Under the pieces are notes generated by a model, which searched no databases, was not told the DNA's origin, and worked only from the letters and a program-made list of their open reading frames with translations. This document shows positions 30,979-42,359 of a stretch of 64,000 nt of DNA, in pieces. Every line of letters begins with the position of its first letter. Within the stretch, counting starts at the first letter, position 1. The position numbers and the translations under genes are program-made. Origin of the DNA: an uncultured Acidimicrobiia bacterium (GTDB taxonomy: Bacteria; Acidobacteriota; Terriglobia; Versatilivoradales; Versatilivoraceae); contig CAWBAT010000005.1 of assembly GCA_963786955.1 (NCBI GenBank), positions 608,001-672,000 of the forward strand, given 5' to 3'.

Positions 30979-32163
30979 TCATAATGCTCCGACCAACGCT
31001 TCAACTGCGGCAGCTTTTCGTGCGGAGGTTCGCAACATTGCCCCAATGCCTTCACACTCTTTGAGTCTGGCGGCAGCCACCTCACGGACACATTTTGCTT
31101 TGCCTTCATTTCGGAACACCCGATGAATCAACAATTCGAGCAGATCGGAAACGGGGGTGAGTGTTAGATGACAGGCGTTACAGGAAGTCTGCCGCTCCCG
31201 GAAGAGTCTATTACAGCCTGGGCATTGCTTTCCCGGTAGGACTATTCCTGCACCATAAACGAGATTCCAGATCATATCCCGGTCAAGAGCTTTCAAGATT
31301 TCTGCCAATCCAACGACCGCCCCAGCTTGTTTCGAAGCCGCAACCTGTATCTTTTCAACCAGTATGGTTTCTTCTTTCCGGAGAGTTTCGCAGATGACTC
31401 TTGCGGTTGTCTCCAGCACCAAAGCGGTATCGGCCTGAACTGGAAGGGCAACCGGATCCGCAGCGATATTGGCTAAGCGTTTCGGGAGTAGTCGTTGCAT
31501 ATAACCAACAACCTCTGAAGGGCCCCCCAGAATGAGATAATGATACGGATGAGAATCAAGCATGCGATCCGCAAATTCCACTACTTCCTTCAAATGCCAA
31601 TGAGCATGGACCTCGGCTTTCCTTTGAAAATTCATTTGAGACCGGATATGGTCAGAACCCGACTTTTTAGAGTGTTTTACATTCGCTTCTGACACAGTGC
31701 TAAAATGCATTTCGGCTTCACCCTGGACGATTCTCAAGATCCTTCCCTGATGCCGATCAACCAGCACGACGAGATAAGGTTGACCTTCATCCAGAGCCTC
31801 TAATAGAGGACGCAAATAGGGTTCAACACCCCAAAAAACATTGTTGTGTAAAGGCAAATGGAGGCTCCAGGACCCAAGGGGTTTGCCCATCCCGTCCGAG
31901 AAATAGACCAAGCTTCGAGCCGTGGGTTGATAGTTCGAGACAAAACTCTGGATGATTTTTGTCTGATGCAGAAAGTCCTGTCGCTCCTGGCCGGGTTGGA
32001 TTCTGGATTCCATGGATCTAAACATTTCTCTGAGCGCTGAATGATATCCGTGATTCAGGTTGGATTCACGAGACTGGTCGACATCCAGGTAGACAGTCAA
32101 AACATGTCGACCCGCTGCACCACCAAACCTCGCGAGAAATTCCAAGTCCTTTGCCGTTATCAT
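30979..32163 (-). CDS. Bacterial aeRF1-like (baeRF) release-factor family protein
   Basis: LTVYLDVD, PYLRPLLEALDE, catalytic-loop SQ..FQRKA, LILGG, Zn knuckle CPGC..CNAC, GIGAMLR. Confidence 0.8.
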   Translation of the reverse strand: MITAKDLEFLARFGGAAGRHVLTVYLDVDQSRESNLNHGYHSALREMFRSMESRIQPGQERQDFLHQTKIIQSFVSNYQPTARSLVYFSDGMGKPLGSWSLHLPLHNNVFWGVEPYLRPLLEALDEGQPYLVVLVDRHQGRILRIVQGEAEMHFSTVSEANVKHSKKSGSDHIRSQMNFQRKAEVHAHWHLKEVVEFADRMLDSHPYHYLILGGPSEVVGYMQRLLPKRLANIAADPVALPVQADTALVLETTARVICETLRKEETILVEKIQVAASKQAGAVVGLAEILKALDRDMIWNLVYGAGIVLPGKQCPGCNRLFRERQTSCNACHLTLTPVSDLLELLIHRVFRNEGKAKCVREVAAARLKECEGIGAMLRTSARKAAAVEALVGAL

Positions 32164-32459
32164 GCGTGACCTCCTCGTGTCAGCCATAGGGTGATGGGTT
32201 CCGTCTCCAGACGATAAATACTAAGTTCCTGTTGGCTTCCCAAGTGGCCCGATGTCACTAAGACATGACCCTTAATCCATCGATGATAGGCTCAATAGAC
32301 TGCCCTCTTCAAGCTTTCGAAATCTCTTCCAACAATAGGCGTCAATAATTAATTGTTAAGAGCCGATTCTGCAGTGCCCAGCCAGAAATTTTCACAGCTC
32401 TCCCTCATCTCGCGAAGCCAGACAACAAAACAAATGGCGGAAGGCTATACGGCCCTTGG

Positions 32460-32939
32460 TCATCCCTTACTTGTAGAGAGGCACAAATCAACAACTTGTG
32501 GTTTAACCAAGGCCTCAAAGTCCTCGTATTTCATGCGAATCGTGTTGGCATGAGTTCCGGCATTGAAGACGATCTCCTTGTCCTCGGACAGAGTCCGGTC
32601 GACAAAGACAGGCAGATTATAGAGATTCCCAAAGGGCGGCATTGCCCCGACTTCGGAGTCTGGGAAAAGCCAGGCAAACTCGTATTCTGTGGCAAATGCA
32701 ATTTCCTTATAGGGAAGCTCTTCTTTTAATACTTTGAGATCGATTCTCTGGGTCGCTGGAACTACGATCATTGCAAAATCTTGATCGACTCTGAGGATAA
32801 TGGTCTTCGCCATTTCACGTCCAGGCACATGCTGGGCGGCAGCAATCTCTTGAGCAGTATAGGCCCTTGGATGGGTCATCGGGACAAACCAGACCTTATT
32901 TTGTTCCAGATACTCGATCAAGCGGCTGGCAAATTTCAT
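32460..32939 (-). CDS. YbaK/EbsC aminoacyl-tRNA deacylase family
   Basis: HPRAYTAQE, MAKTII, GAMPPFG, FNAGTH. Confidence 0.92.
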   Translation of the reverse strand: MKFASRLIEYLEQNKVWFVPMTHPRAYTAQEIAAAQHVPGREMAKTIILRVDQDFAMIVVPATQRIDLKVLKEELPYKEIAFATEYEFAWLFPDSEVGAMPPFGNLYNLPVFVDRTLSEDKEIVFNAGTHANTIRMKYEDFEALVKPQVVDLCLSTSKG

Positions 32940-33556
32940 AAGTGCACCTCCGTTCAGATCCCTCCGATGCAATTAAAGAATACTGTTCCCCCTGGAGGCT
33001 TCGACCCTGCCTCAAAGCGAACAGACTGAATTGGTTGAAGGAAATTTCTGAGGTGGGACTTTTAGTGGACCTTCTCGTTTGCGCGTCTTGAAGTATAAAA
33101 TAGGCGGGTAAGACTCTTACTTCGCCGTTCAGTCTGTTCGCTGAGCTTTTAAAAACCTTTGAGAAAATCTCCTGGGGTTACTTTAGGTTGATCAGGGAGG
33201 CCAGCACAGCCTTATGCGGAAGGCTTTGGACCTATTTGATGTCACGTGCTGGCCAAATCTTGTTCCCTGATCAACTTCTTAGCACCCACTTATTCTTGAG
33301 CAATTCTCTCACCAGCGCATTCCACATTACCGTTCAGGGTCGAGTTAGGAATTAAATATCTACAGAAGAATAACTTATACTTAAGTCGATGTTACCAAGT
33401 CGAAGCGCAGCACCCGCTGCCGAAGAGAAATTTACCGGTCATTGGGGGATAACTCCCAGAAGCGGCTCTCTTCGCCCAAGTAGATTTGACCGCTCGAAAA
33501 TAGTGGGGGGATGGAGCGCAATCCGGAAGGATTGCAACGCAGCGAAGCTTTACTAA

Positions 33557-33683
33557 GTACTGCATTTTGTAAATACGGTAACGTTAACGCCGGGTCGGTG
33601 ACCCGGCCTACAACTTTGTAGGCCGCGTGACCCCACGCGGCGCCTATCCTAAGATACGTCACCGCAATTACGAAAAGCAGTAT
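33557..33683. mobile_element. MITE-like REP-carrying element (copy 2)
   Basis: Core identical to 29165..29291. Confidence 0.8.
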
Positions 33684-33747
33684 TTAGTAGAAAAACCTGC
33701 CTCGGGTTAACGTTTTCCAACAGCAGGCATTATGGTTGGAGTAAGGA

Positions 33748-34863
33748 CTACGGCACTAAGCGAGTCATAGTCAAGAAAGTGACCTGTTTCTGAGACTCAG
33801 CCCGTGCCATCGGGGAATAGTAATATTTCAATGTTGCCGTAATGCGAGTCTGAGCGCCCTGCGGGATGGGGAATGAGAAAGATTCAGTCCGTTTCTCATC
33901 CGGGGCTAGGCGAGTGTCTGTCAACACCTTGGCACCTTTAAGAAACGCCAGGTGCTCCACGGATACAGGATTACCTTGCTGATCGGCTACCGTCCGCCGA
34001 TAAATCCGCTCTTCCCGGAACTGCTTTCCTCCACCAGCATCAGCACGGACCTCCATGATGAGTTGGCGCAACGGGGATCCAGTCGGGACGTAATGTCCTG
34101 CTCCCTTATTGGAGATTTGAACGGTAACCTGCAATTGCCCATTCTTCCTGGACGTGTTCAGTGTCAGCAGCACCGTCTTGGTCAAGAGGTCCAAGGAATG
34201 GCTCCCTGGCATCTGGTGCAAGTTGATTTTTGCCAAATTCGTTCGCTGGATCCGTGGATCCACTACGTCCCCTGCCACCCGCGACATGTGACAGGATTGG
34301 CATTGGGTCCCTTCTTTTCCGTAGCGGCTGTTCTTCCATTCGGAGTAAGTGGTAAGAACGGAAAGCCCCTGCGCATTTTGATACTCGTGGCAGGGCGCAC
34401 AAATCAGAGCAGAAACGTGGACCTCGGAAAATTCTGTGCCGTGAGCCGTCGAGCTGGCATCTTTTAAGGGTCCGCTCTTAACCAACGTGTAGGTTACGGA
34501 CGCTTTGGGATTCGGTCCACTCAATGAGACTTGTCGAACGGAATGGCAATAATCGCAGGTCACTCCCTCCCAACTGATCTTTTTCTGCAAATTCCAATCT
34601 CCGACTGCCACTCCGACCGGTGAATGGCATTTAAGGCAAGTCTTGCGCCCGTTGGCGCCAAATTCCGTCTCTGCGAGCTCCATCGCATCCTGAAAAATTC
34701 GGCTTTCCATGGCCTGGGCGTGGGAAGAGGTTTTCCAGGCTTCAAAGATTGCTCGATGGCAACGGCCGCAGAGTTCAGCACTGGAAGGCGGATCGAGTTG
34801 CACGGCTTGGGCAGCGCCACAAAAGCTCAGGATGAAGAGAGATAACCCGGCCAATCGCTTCAT
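33748..34863 (-). CDS. Pentaheme c-type cytochrome (c554/c552-like) with C-terminal beta domain
   Basis: CGRCH, CLKCH, CDYCH, CAPCH, CQSCH; signal peptide; GHYVPTG. Confidence 0.88.
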   Translation of the reverse strand: MKRLAGLSLFILSFCGAAQAVQLDPPSSAELCGRCHRAIFEAWKTSSHAQAMESRIFQDAMELAETEFGANGRKTCLKCHSPVGVAVGDWNLQKKISWEGVTCDYCHSVRQVSLSGPNPKASVTYTLVKSGPLKDASSTAHGTEFSEVHVSALICAPCHEYQNAQGLSVLTTYSEWKNSRYGKEGTQCQSCHMSRVAGDVVDPRIQRTNLAKINLHQMPGSHSLDLLTKTVLLTLNTSRKNGQLQVTVQISNKGAGHYVPTGSPLRQLIMEVRADAGGGKQFREERIYRRTVADQQGNPVSVEHLAFLKGAKVLTDTRLAPDEKRTESFSFPIPQGAQTRITATLKYYYSPMARAESQKQVTFLTMTRLVP

Positions 34864-36123
34864 GCCTTCCCTCCGCTTTGGTCGGAAGGCTTGGCCTCAA
34901 TGGAACGAATGGTTAACCAAAGACCACCCATCGTGACCAAAATCGTCAATAACGAAAATGCTAGTCCCACACGGCGGAATCTCCGTTCCTTTAGCGCGTC
35001 CGACCCCGGCCTGATGAGTTTCGGCAGAAATCTTCAGACCCTCATTCACAGGGAGTGCAATCTGAGAAACCTGAAAGGCATGGACCGCCACTCTCGCCTT
35101 GACCAGCGACTCCTTAGCTTCCTGTTGACGCAATAAGGCTTCCGAGACCTCCATACCGGAGCGTCTCGCGACAGTCAGAATCTCATCGGAGCGTTGCAGA
35201 GCAGACTCAAGGCTATGGATCTTTCCCGCCATTTCGACAGACGCTTTTCCTCCTGCCGAATCCCCATCGTGACATTGGCTGCAGACGGCATCAGGCCCAG
35301 CCAACATTTGCTCAGAGGGTTTGAGGACAGCGTGGTTACTATGACAAACAACGCAACCTCCCATTCCCATCTCCGCGAATACCGGCTGATGCGGGCTCTT
35401 ACGGTAAAGATCTTCGAACAACGCGTGGCATGTTCCGCACACGGCAGCCACCGAGCTGACTTGAGGCGGCGCAGCCCCGTGGTTCCCATGGCAGGATGCA
35501 CAACTGGGAGCCGAGATGTCGCCACGTTTGGCCAGTGCTTCCCAATGAACGCTCTTTCGATATTCTGCGAATTGGTTCGTGGGAATCTTGTACTTGCTCA
35601 TGTGGGAAGCGTCCGCATGGCAACGCGCACACGTTTCGGGTAGGCGCAGAGGATAAACCGGGGAGCGCGGATCCTTGACTTCGCGAATGTCGTGGACACT
35701 GTGACAATCGACACAATTAGCTGCCGCAGCATCTCCGGCGGCGATTCTCTTGCCATGGACACTGGTGAGATACTGAGCATATTGATCCACCCGCTGCTGC
35801 GGCTTGAACTTGTGAATGAGGTTCGCGTCACTATGGCAACGGGCGCAAAGCTTGGGGACATCCACACGCTTGATTTTTCCAACAAAACCACGCGCCCGGC
35901 TCATCGCCGCTTCCGGGTCGTCCTGATTCGAATCCCCTCCGTGGCAGTCCACACAACTGAAACCGCGATGCTGATGAATATCTGTCGGGAAAGCCAGCGC
36001 CGGCGCCTGCAGATTATCTTCGAGTGCCGCGTGGCACTCGATGCAAGAATCCTTTGCCCCAAGACTCTGACTAAACACTGCCATCCAAAATATAATGATC
36101 AGTGGGTATCGGTAAGTGATCAT
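34860..36123 (-). CDS. Nonaheme c-type cytochrome with C-terminal membrane anchor; frameshift near 35000
   Basis: 9 CxxCH; shifted frame gives ALKERRFRRVGLAFSLLTILVTMGGLWL, ending in an ATGA overlap with the next gene. Confidence 0.85.
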
Positions 36124-37215
36124 CGATAGTATCCCAAAAGTGAGAAACTTATGAGGTAGACGAGCAATGCAAGACCTAAGGCAGTCACCCATCGTTTTCG
36201 ATCAACTCCTTCTCGATTGGTCCCCCAGAAAGGCAAAGTCACCCACCAAATCGCGAGAACGCCAAAACCGAAAAGACCTAGCAATTCACCTTCGAAAAAC
36301 CAAACATGACTGGGGATCAGCTTCAAGGTATAGAAAGGAGCTAGAAAATACCATTCAGGCCGGATGCCGGCAGGGGCTGAGGCGAAGGGGTCTGCTTTTT
36401 CTCCCAACTCCCAAGGAAACAATGCAGCCAGCGCAGCCTAGCACCCCCAGAGCACCGTACCAGGCCATCAATTCCCGAAGGAAAAAATTGGGGAAGAAGG
36501 GCATTTGCGGGATGGGGGTCCGCCTGCGCTGGTATTCCTTTTCTACCCGGGGAGGAGAACTCATCCCAAATTTTTGAATCAGAACCAAGTGCACAACCAG
36601 ACACAGAGTCGCTAATCCAGGAAGAACTGCAACATGAAAGCCGAAAAACCGCGTCAGGGTTGCGCCGCCTACCTCATCGCCGCCACGCAAAAACCTCGCC
36701 AGGTAAGGTCCAACCCACGGGACGCTGGCAGCCATGTCAGTTCCTACTTTGGTGGCAAAATAGGAGACCGTATTCCAAGGAAGCAGATATCCACTAAACC
36801 CGAACCCTAATGCCAAACCGAGTAATGCAATCCCGCTTAGCCAGGTAACTTCGCGAGGTCGGCGGTAGGCTCGCAGAAATACCACACTGAACATATGGAT
36901 GAACGCAGCCAGAATCATCAAATTGGCAGACCAACTATGGACGGATCGGACCAACCAGCCAAACTGCACCCTCGTCACAATGAATTGCACGCTCTCATAG
37001 GCTTCCGTCGGAGTGGGTCTATAGTAGAGGAGTAACAAAACGCCTGTGAGAACTTGAATGACAAACAAAAAAAGAGTGATCCCGCCGAAGTAATACCAGA
37101 TCGTCGAGGAGTGCACCGGCACGGTCTTATGGCTCATGAATTCTTGAACCGATTCAAGACCTAACCGCTCCTCAAACCATTCCTTTACACGTTGTGTCGT
37201 TGCCTTGGCAGTCAC
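36120..37215 (-). CDS. petB: Cytochrome b of a Rieske/cytb complex; frameshift near 36435
   Basis: [36 protein letters not shown]. Confidence 0.92.
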
Positions 37216-37234
37216 AAGTACCCTTTCCTATAAA

Positions 37235-37666
37235 TTAGGCTCTCTTGGATATAACAATTTCATCACCCCGGACGTGGACGGCATATTCTTCCAGAGGTCT
37301 GGGCGGGGGGCCGGACACTACTTTTCCGTTCATGTCATAGAATCCATTGTGACAGGCACACCAGATTTGATGAGTAGACTCCTGAAATTGGACGGTGCAG
37401 TTCAAGTGGGTGCAGATGGCAGAGAAAGCACGCCATTCTGTATCGCTGGTCCGAATCAGTAAGGCAGGGCGGCTGCCGAACTTCACGATCTTGCCCGAAT
37501 TCGGTTTAAGATCCTGAACCTTTCCTGCAGCAACCTCATTCGTCGAGGCCTCTGGAACCGCGGGTGGGAGCATGAATTTGGACGCTGGATAAAGGAACGA
37601 AATGATTGAAGCCAGGAAGCCACCTCCCAGGATCCACCCGACAAAGTTCCGGCGGTATTCAGCCAT
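37235..37666 (-). CDS. Rieske 2Fe-2S protein
   Basis: RRNF Tat motif; CTHLNC and CACH; GPPPRPL. Confidence 0.93.
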   Translation of the reverse strand: MAEYRRNFVGWILGGGFLASIISFLYPASKFMLPPAVPEASTNEVAAGKVQDLKPNSGKIVKFGSRPALLIRTSDTEWRAFSAICTHLNCTVQFQESTHQIWCACHNGFYDMNGKVVSGPPPRPLEEYAVHVRGDEIVISKRA

Positions 37667-38129
37667 TGCCCCCTCCAGCGTCAGCCCCACCCACTCAGTG
37701 GGAACGGAAATGAGATAACTTCAAGAAATTACATCAAGAACAAATTATCCGAACAACCTCTTTTGAACAGCAGCCAGCACCCGCTTATTTTTACCTGGTC
37801 GAATGAGGAGAGTAGCACGATCAATACCATAGTCCGAGGGAGCAGCAATTCCAAGGCTCTGGAAAACCAGAGCCAGTGTTCGAGAATTTAGTCTGGCTCC
37901 TTTAAAAACTCAGAAGTGCTGCTTAAATAGAGCGTAAGCGACTCACTTTAATGGTGCTTTGTTACCGCATCATTCAACACCGGAAATTTCAAACCGATGG
38001 AGGTTCCTTGAGGGCCGGACTCTGGGGGATGTCATCCAATGATTGTGGCAATTCACCCATATTGTTCATTTGGATGGAACTATTTTCCGCACCTCTGACG
38101 TCGGATTAAGCGGGTGAGATGCCAGCACT

Positions 38130-39554
38130 TTACATGACACAATAATTCCGGCCCATTTCGAGAGCTTCTCGATTCAACTGGCGGAGTCGATCGTTTGGCA
38201 GGTTTTCATCAATCGCCAGATGGATGGATTCCTGGCTCAGAAACGGAATCCTTGCCATCAGGGCACCTAACAGAACAATGTTGGCGACTTTGGTTTCCCC
38301 CAGATCATAGGCCAACTGACTGGCCGGGACTCCGACCGCTCCTGCCTTAAGGTCGCGTGGAGGCACCTTGATAAGTGAACTATCGTACAGGATCAGTCCC
38401 CCTGCTTTGACCTGACTATGAAAACGCACCAGGGAAGGGCTGTTCATGACTACCAGGATCTCAGGCGAGTCAGCCAGCGGACAACCTATTTCTTTGGGAG
38501 AAAGGATGACATTGCAGTAGGCGGTCCCTCCCCGCATCTCAGGGCCGTAAGAAGGGAGCCAACTGGTCCGGTAACCTTCTCTCATCGCCGCCGTGGCCAG
38601 GATCACGCCTAGGGATAGGACTCCCTGACCGCCAAATCCTGCAATTTTGATCGCATGAAACTGCAATTCGGTGGTTTTCTTCCCCTTTTCCAGAGAGCCG
38701 TTGTTCCCGTTCGACTTTAGATCCAGACACGATGGAATGTCAGGAGAAGGGACAACTATAGACCCCCCTAGCGGAATGGAGGGCTTCACATCCGTATCCT
38801 TGAAGACTGCGAGGGGAAAGACAGGCAACATCTTTTCTTCTATCCAGCGCCAAGCATCCGCCGGTTTAAGTTTCCATCCAGTCGGGCAGGCAGACAGAAC
38901 CTCAATGAGTGAAAACCCGCGCCCTTCTATTTGGTAACGAATTGCTTTTCGAACAGCCGCGCGCGCTTTCATGTGGTTCTTAGGCCCTGCGAGCGCAACA
39001 CGCTCCAGGTAGGTGGTTCCTTCAAGCGAGCTTAACATCTCACAAATCTTTAGGGGGAATCCTTGCTGCATCGCATTTCGGCCCAGCGGGGTCGTGGATG
39101 TTTTCTGTCCCAGCAGAGTCGTTGGGGCCATCTGGCCACCTGTCATCCCGTAGATGGCGTTATTCACAAAAAACACGGTGATATTCTCTCCCCGGTTGGC
39201 GGCATGGATAATTTCTGCGGTCCCGATGGAGGCTAGGTCTCCATCGCCTTGATAGCTGAGGACGATGCTTTCGGGCCGGCTACGCTTGATCCCGGTAGCA
39301 ACGGCAGGCGCCCGGCCATGAGCCGATTGAACGTTGCCAACGTCGAAATAATGGTAGGCGAAAACCGAGCAGCCCACCGGGCCGACCAGGATGGTGCGGT
39401 CTTGAATGCCCAGGTCGTCGATGGCTTCAGCGATAAATTTATGCAGAGCGCCATGTCCACAACCCGGACAGTAATGGGTAACGGACGGGTCGCCATCCTT
39501 CAATGCAAACAATGGGAAAAAACTCTCTGATTTTCGGTGAGCAACGGTATACAT
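38130..39554 (-). CDS. 2-oxoacid:ferredoxin oxidoreductase fused beta-gamma subunit
   Basis: YCPGCGH, HGRAPAVATG, GDGD..NN, GGQMAPTT; AGFGGQG, PSYGPEMRGG. Confidence 0.93.
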   Translation of the reverse strand: MYTVAHRKSESFFPLFALKDGDPSVTHYCPGCGHGALHKFIAEAIDDLGIQDRTILVGPVGCSVFAYHYFDVGNVQSAHGRAPAVATGIKRSRPESIVLSYQGDGDLASIGTAEIIHAANRGENITVFFVNNAIYGMTGGQMAPTTLLGQKTSTTPLGRNAMQQGFPLKICEMLSSLEGTTYLERVALAGPKNHMKARAAVRKAIRYQIEGRGFSLIEVLSACPTGWKLKPADAWRWIEEKMLPVFPLAVFKDTDVKPSIPLGGSIVVPSPDIPSCLDLKSNGNNGSLEKGKKTTELQFHAIKIAGFGGQGVLSLGVILATAAMREGYRTSWLPSYGPEMRGGTAYCNVILSPKEIGCPLADSPEILVVMNSPSLVRFHSQVKAGGLILYDSSLIKVPPRDLKAGAVGVPASQLAYDLGETKVANIVLLGALMARIPFLSQESIHLAIDENLPNDRLRQLNREALEMGRNYCVM

Positions 39555-39555
39555 C

Positions 39556-40641
39556 TTAGCCTCTCATATTCATCATCAGGCTCGGTCGGACCGAAAATTC
39601 CGGCAGCCCCCAGACCTTATCCAAAATTTCTTCCGGACTCGGAACCATGCCACCCTTGCGTCCGTAGAAGTGGACCGGCACGCGATCCCCAACCACTAAC
39701 CGGACATCTTCCACCATTTGTCCCCAGCTCAATTCGCACACCAACACCGCTTTAAGCCTCGCAGTGAGTGCCTTGAGTTCCCTTTTCGGGAACGGCCACA
39801 GAGAAATCGGACGAAGAAGGCCGAGTTTGACACCATGAGCCCGGCCCAGTTCCACCACAGAATGAAGGATCCGCGAAACGATCCCATAACCCACCAACAA
39901 GATTTCAGCATCCTGGAGATGAAAGCCCTCGAATAGGACACAACAGTCTTCCGCCTTGGTATATTTTTCTTCCAGGTGATTCACATGGGTTTCGAGATCT
40001 TCATGTCGAAGGTAGATCGAACTGATCCAATGGCTTCGAGTCTGCGCATTGCCTTGAACGGCCCAGTCACTGACCGGAGGCTCCAAAGCAACATCCGGGA
40101 AGGTCACCGGCTCCATCATCTGTCCAATGAATCCGTCGGCCAGGATCACCACCGGATTGCGAAAACGATCGGCAATCTCAAAGCCTTGCATCGTAAGGTC
40201 GCACATTTCCTGAGCGGAATTCGGTGCCAGAACGATCGTTCGATAATTGCCATGTCCCCCACCTTTGACCATTTGAAAATAATCTCCCTGCTCGGGTCCA
40301 AGGTTTCCTAGTCCCGGTCCTCCTCGCATAATATCCACGATGACGCAGGGGAGTTCGGCCCCGGCCAGATAGGAAATGCCCTCTTGCATCAGGCTGAGTC
40401 CTGGGCCGGAAGAAGCGGTCATCACACGGGTCCCGGTCGCCGCTGCCCCATAGACCATATTAATGGCTGCAACTTCACTCTCGGCCTGAACAAAATTGCC
40501 CCCGATTCTGGGAAAGTAAAGGGCTGCGGCTTCTGCAATTTCACTGGCAGGGGTAATGGGGTAACCATAGTATGCCCGGCATCCCGCCAGGATTGCGCCT
40601 TTCACGGCTGCGGTATTACCTTTGATGAGTTGTTTTGCCAT
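39556..40641 (-). CDS. 2-oxoacid:ferredoxin oxidoreductase alpha subunit (VorB-like)
   Basis: [33 protein letters not shown]. Confidence 0.93.
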   Translation of the reverse strand: MAKQLIKGNTAAVKGAILAGCRAYYGYPITPASEIAEAAALYFPRIGGNFVQAESEVAAINMVYGAAATGTRVMTASSGPGLSLMQEGISYLAGAELPCVIVDIMRGGPGLGNLGPEQGDYFQMVKGGGHGNYRTIVLAPNSAQEMCDLTMQGFEIADRFRNPVVILADGFIGQMMEPVTFPDVALEPPVSDWAVQGNAQTRSHWISSIYLRHEDLETHVNHLEEKYTKAEDCCVLFEGFHLQDAEILLVGYGIVSRILHSVVELGRAHGVKLGLLRPISLWPFPKRELKALTARLKAVLVCELSWGQMVEDVRLVVGDRVPVHFYGRKGGMVPSPEEILDKVWGLPEFSVRPSLMMNMRG

Positions 40642-40669
40642 GGCTGTCTTTCTCAAGCATTCGTTTTCG

Positions 40670-41014
40670 TTAAGTCCTTTCATTAGCCAAAATCTCACTG
40701 ACTCCTCGCGCGGCCCCTTTGGAGATGACCACAGACCCCTCTTGGAACCCATCCTTGACTAAGGAGGGCCGAGGTGACGGGACAAGCGTATAGACTGTCA
40801 GAGCCCCTGGTTCAGGGCATACATAGAAGCAAATGCCGCAACCGGTGCAACCCTGCCCCGAATAATGAATCGGGTTATATCCCATGATGTTCAATGAGTC
40901 AGAAATCTCGAGACAGTGAACCGGACAGGTGATGACACAAAGCCCGCATCCTTTGCATTCATCAACTCGAATCTCGATTTGTCCACGATCCGGTTTCGAT
41001 TCCTTGGAATTCAT
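40670..41014 (-). CDS. 2x[4Fe-4S] delta subunit/ferredoxin
   Basis: [12 protein letters not shown]; [12 protein letters not shown]. Confidence 0.9.
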   Translation of the reverse strand: MNSKESKPDRGQIEIRVDECKGCGLCVITCPVHCLEISDSLNIMGYNPIHYSGQGCTGCGICFYVCPEPGALTVYTLVPSPRPSLVKDGFQEGSVVISKGAARGVSEILANERT

Positions 41015-41026
41015 TGCTCTAGGGCC

Positions 41027-42349
41027 TCAACCCACATGAGAGATTTTCTTCGAACTAAGGAAATATTGCTGACAGGCAAACTCATGAAGCTCCTCGCGGA
41101 ATTGGGGGTGAGCGATTTCGATCAGGGCCTCCGCCCGTTCTCGAATGGTCTTACCATGGAGATACGCCACCCCAAACTCCGTCACAACATAATGCACGTC
41201 CCCTCGAGACGTCACGACTCCGGAGCCCGGATAAAGACTTGGGACAATTCTTGAAATGGCTCCTTCTTTGGCGGTGGAGGGAAGGGCGATGATCGGCTTT
41301 CCACCTCTGGAACGCGCGGCTCCCCGGATGAAATCCAGTTGCCCCCCAATACCGCTATAGAAGAAGTTCCCCATGGAATCGGAGCAGACCTGCCCGGTCA
41401 AATCAATCTGCAATGCCGAATTGATCGCCACCATCTTGGAGTTCTGGCTGATGATGAAAGGATCGTTGACATACTCTGAGGGATGGAATTCGATGGCTGG
41501 ATTATTGTGAATGAATCGGAATAAGCGATGGGACCCCAATACGAAGGAAGCAATCGTTTTCCCCCGGTGCAGTGTTTTGCGGTCCCCGGTAATCACACCC
41601 GATTCTATCAATGGGATCACACCATCGGAAAACATCTCGGTATGAATTCCCAAGTCCCGATGATTTCCTAAGAAAGAAAGGACAGAGTCCGGTATCCCAC
41701 CAATCCCCATCTGCAGGGTTGACCCGTCCTCGATCAACTCAGCGATGTGCTTGCCGATCTGCATTTGAACAGGAGAAACTGGATGTTGCGGAAGTTCCAG
41801 CAGAGGATGATCCGATTCGACCAGGATATCAATCTTGCTCAGGTGGATGAAGGCGTCTCCCAGGACGCGGGGCATTTGTGGATTCACTTCGGCAATGACG
41901 GTGCGCGCCACTTGAGACGCCGTCTTGGTACATTCTACTGCCACCCCAAAGGAACAATAGCCATGAAGGTCCGGCGGAGAAACTTGAATCAGACATACAT
42001 CGATGGGAAGTTGGCCGGTAACAAACAGGGACGACAACTCTGAAAGAAAGATGGGGGTATAGTCGGCGCGACCGGAGTTGATGGCGTCGCGCACATTGGA
42101 GCCGATAAAGAAAGCATTGTGACGGAAGTGCCCCTCCATCTCGGGCATGACATAGTCCGCGTTACCAAAAGTCATCAGGTGGAGAATTTCAACGTCTCTT
42201 AATTCCTGTCCCCGTTCGAGCAACGCCTTGACCAGGTGTTCGGGTTCGGCACAACCGGAGTGAATATAAACGCGATCCCCAGATTGAACGAGTGAGATCG
42301 CTTCCTTTGCGCTCATGAGTTTTTGATGATAAGAAGAAGAGTCTTCCAC
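41027..42349 (-). CDS. Acetyl-CoA hydrolase/4-hydroxybutyrate CoA-transferase family
   Basis: TLQMGIGGIP, HTEMFSDG, SGIGGQLDF, IAHPQFREEL. Confidence 0.93.
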   Translation of the reverse strand: MEDSSSYHQKLMSAKEAISLVQSGDRVYIHSGCAEPEHLVKALLERGQELRDVEILHLMTFGNADYVMPEMEGHFRHNAFFIGSNVRDAINSGRADYTPIFLSELSSLFVTGQLPIDVCLIQVSPPDLHGYCSFGVAVECTKTASQVARTVIAEVNPQMPRVLGDAFIHLSKIDILVESDHPLLELPQHPVSPVQMQIGKHIAELIEDGSTLQMGIGGIPDSVLSFLGNHRDLGIHTEMFSDGVIPLIESGVITGDRKTLHRGKTIASFVLGSHRLFRFIHNNPAIEFHPSEYVNDPFIISQNSKMVAINSALQIDLTGQVCSDSMGNFFYSGIGGQLDFIRGAARSRGGKPIIALPSTAKEGAISRIVPSLYPGSGVVTSRGDVHYVVTEFGVAYLHGKTIRERAEALIEIAHPQFREELHEFACQQYFLSSKKISHVG

Positions 42350-42359
42350 GGACCGATTC

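Noticed and set aside
37814-37874. Sigma54-like site and 8 bp palindrome upstream of the Rieske gene
   Set aside because: GG-N10-GC spacing is right but there are several consensus mismatches; too weak to call.
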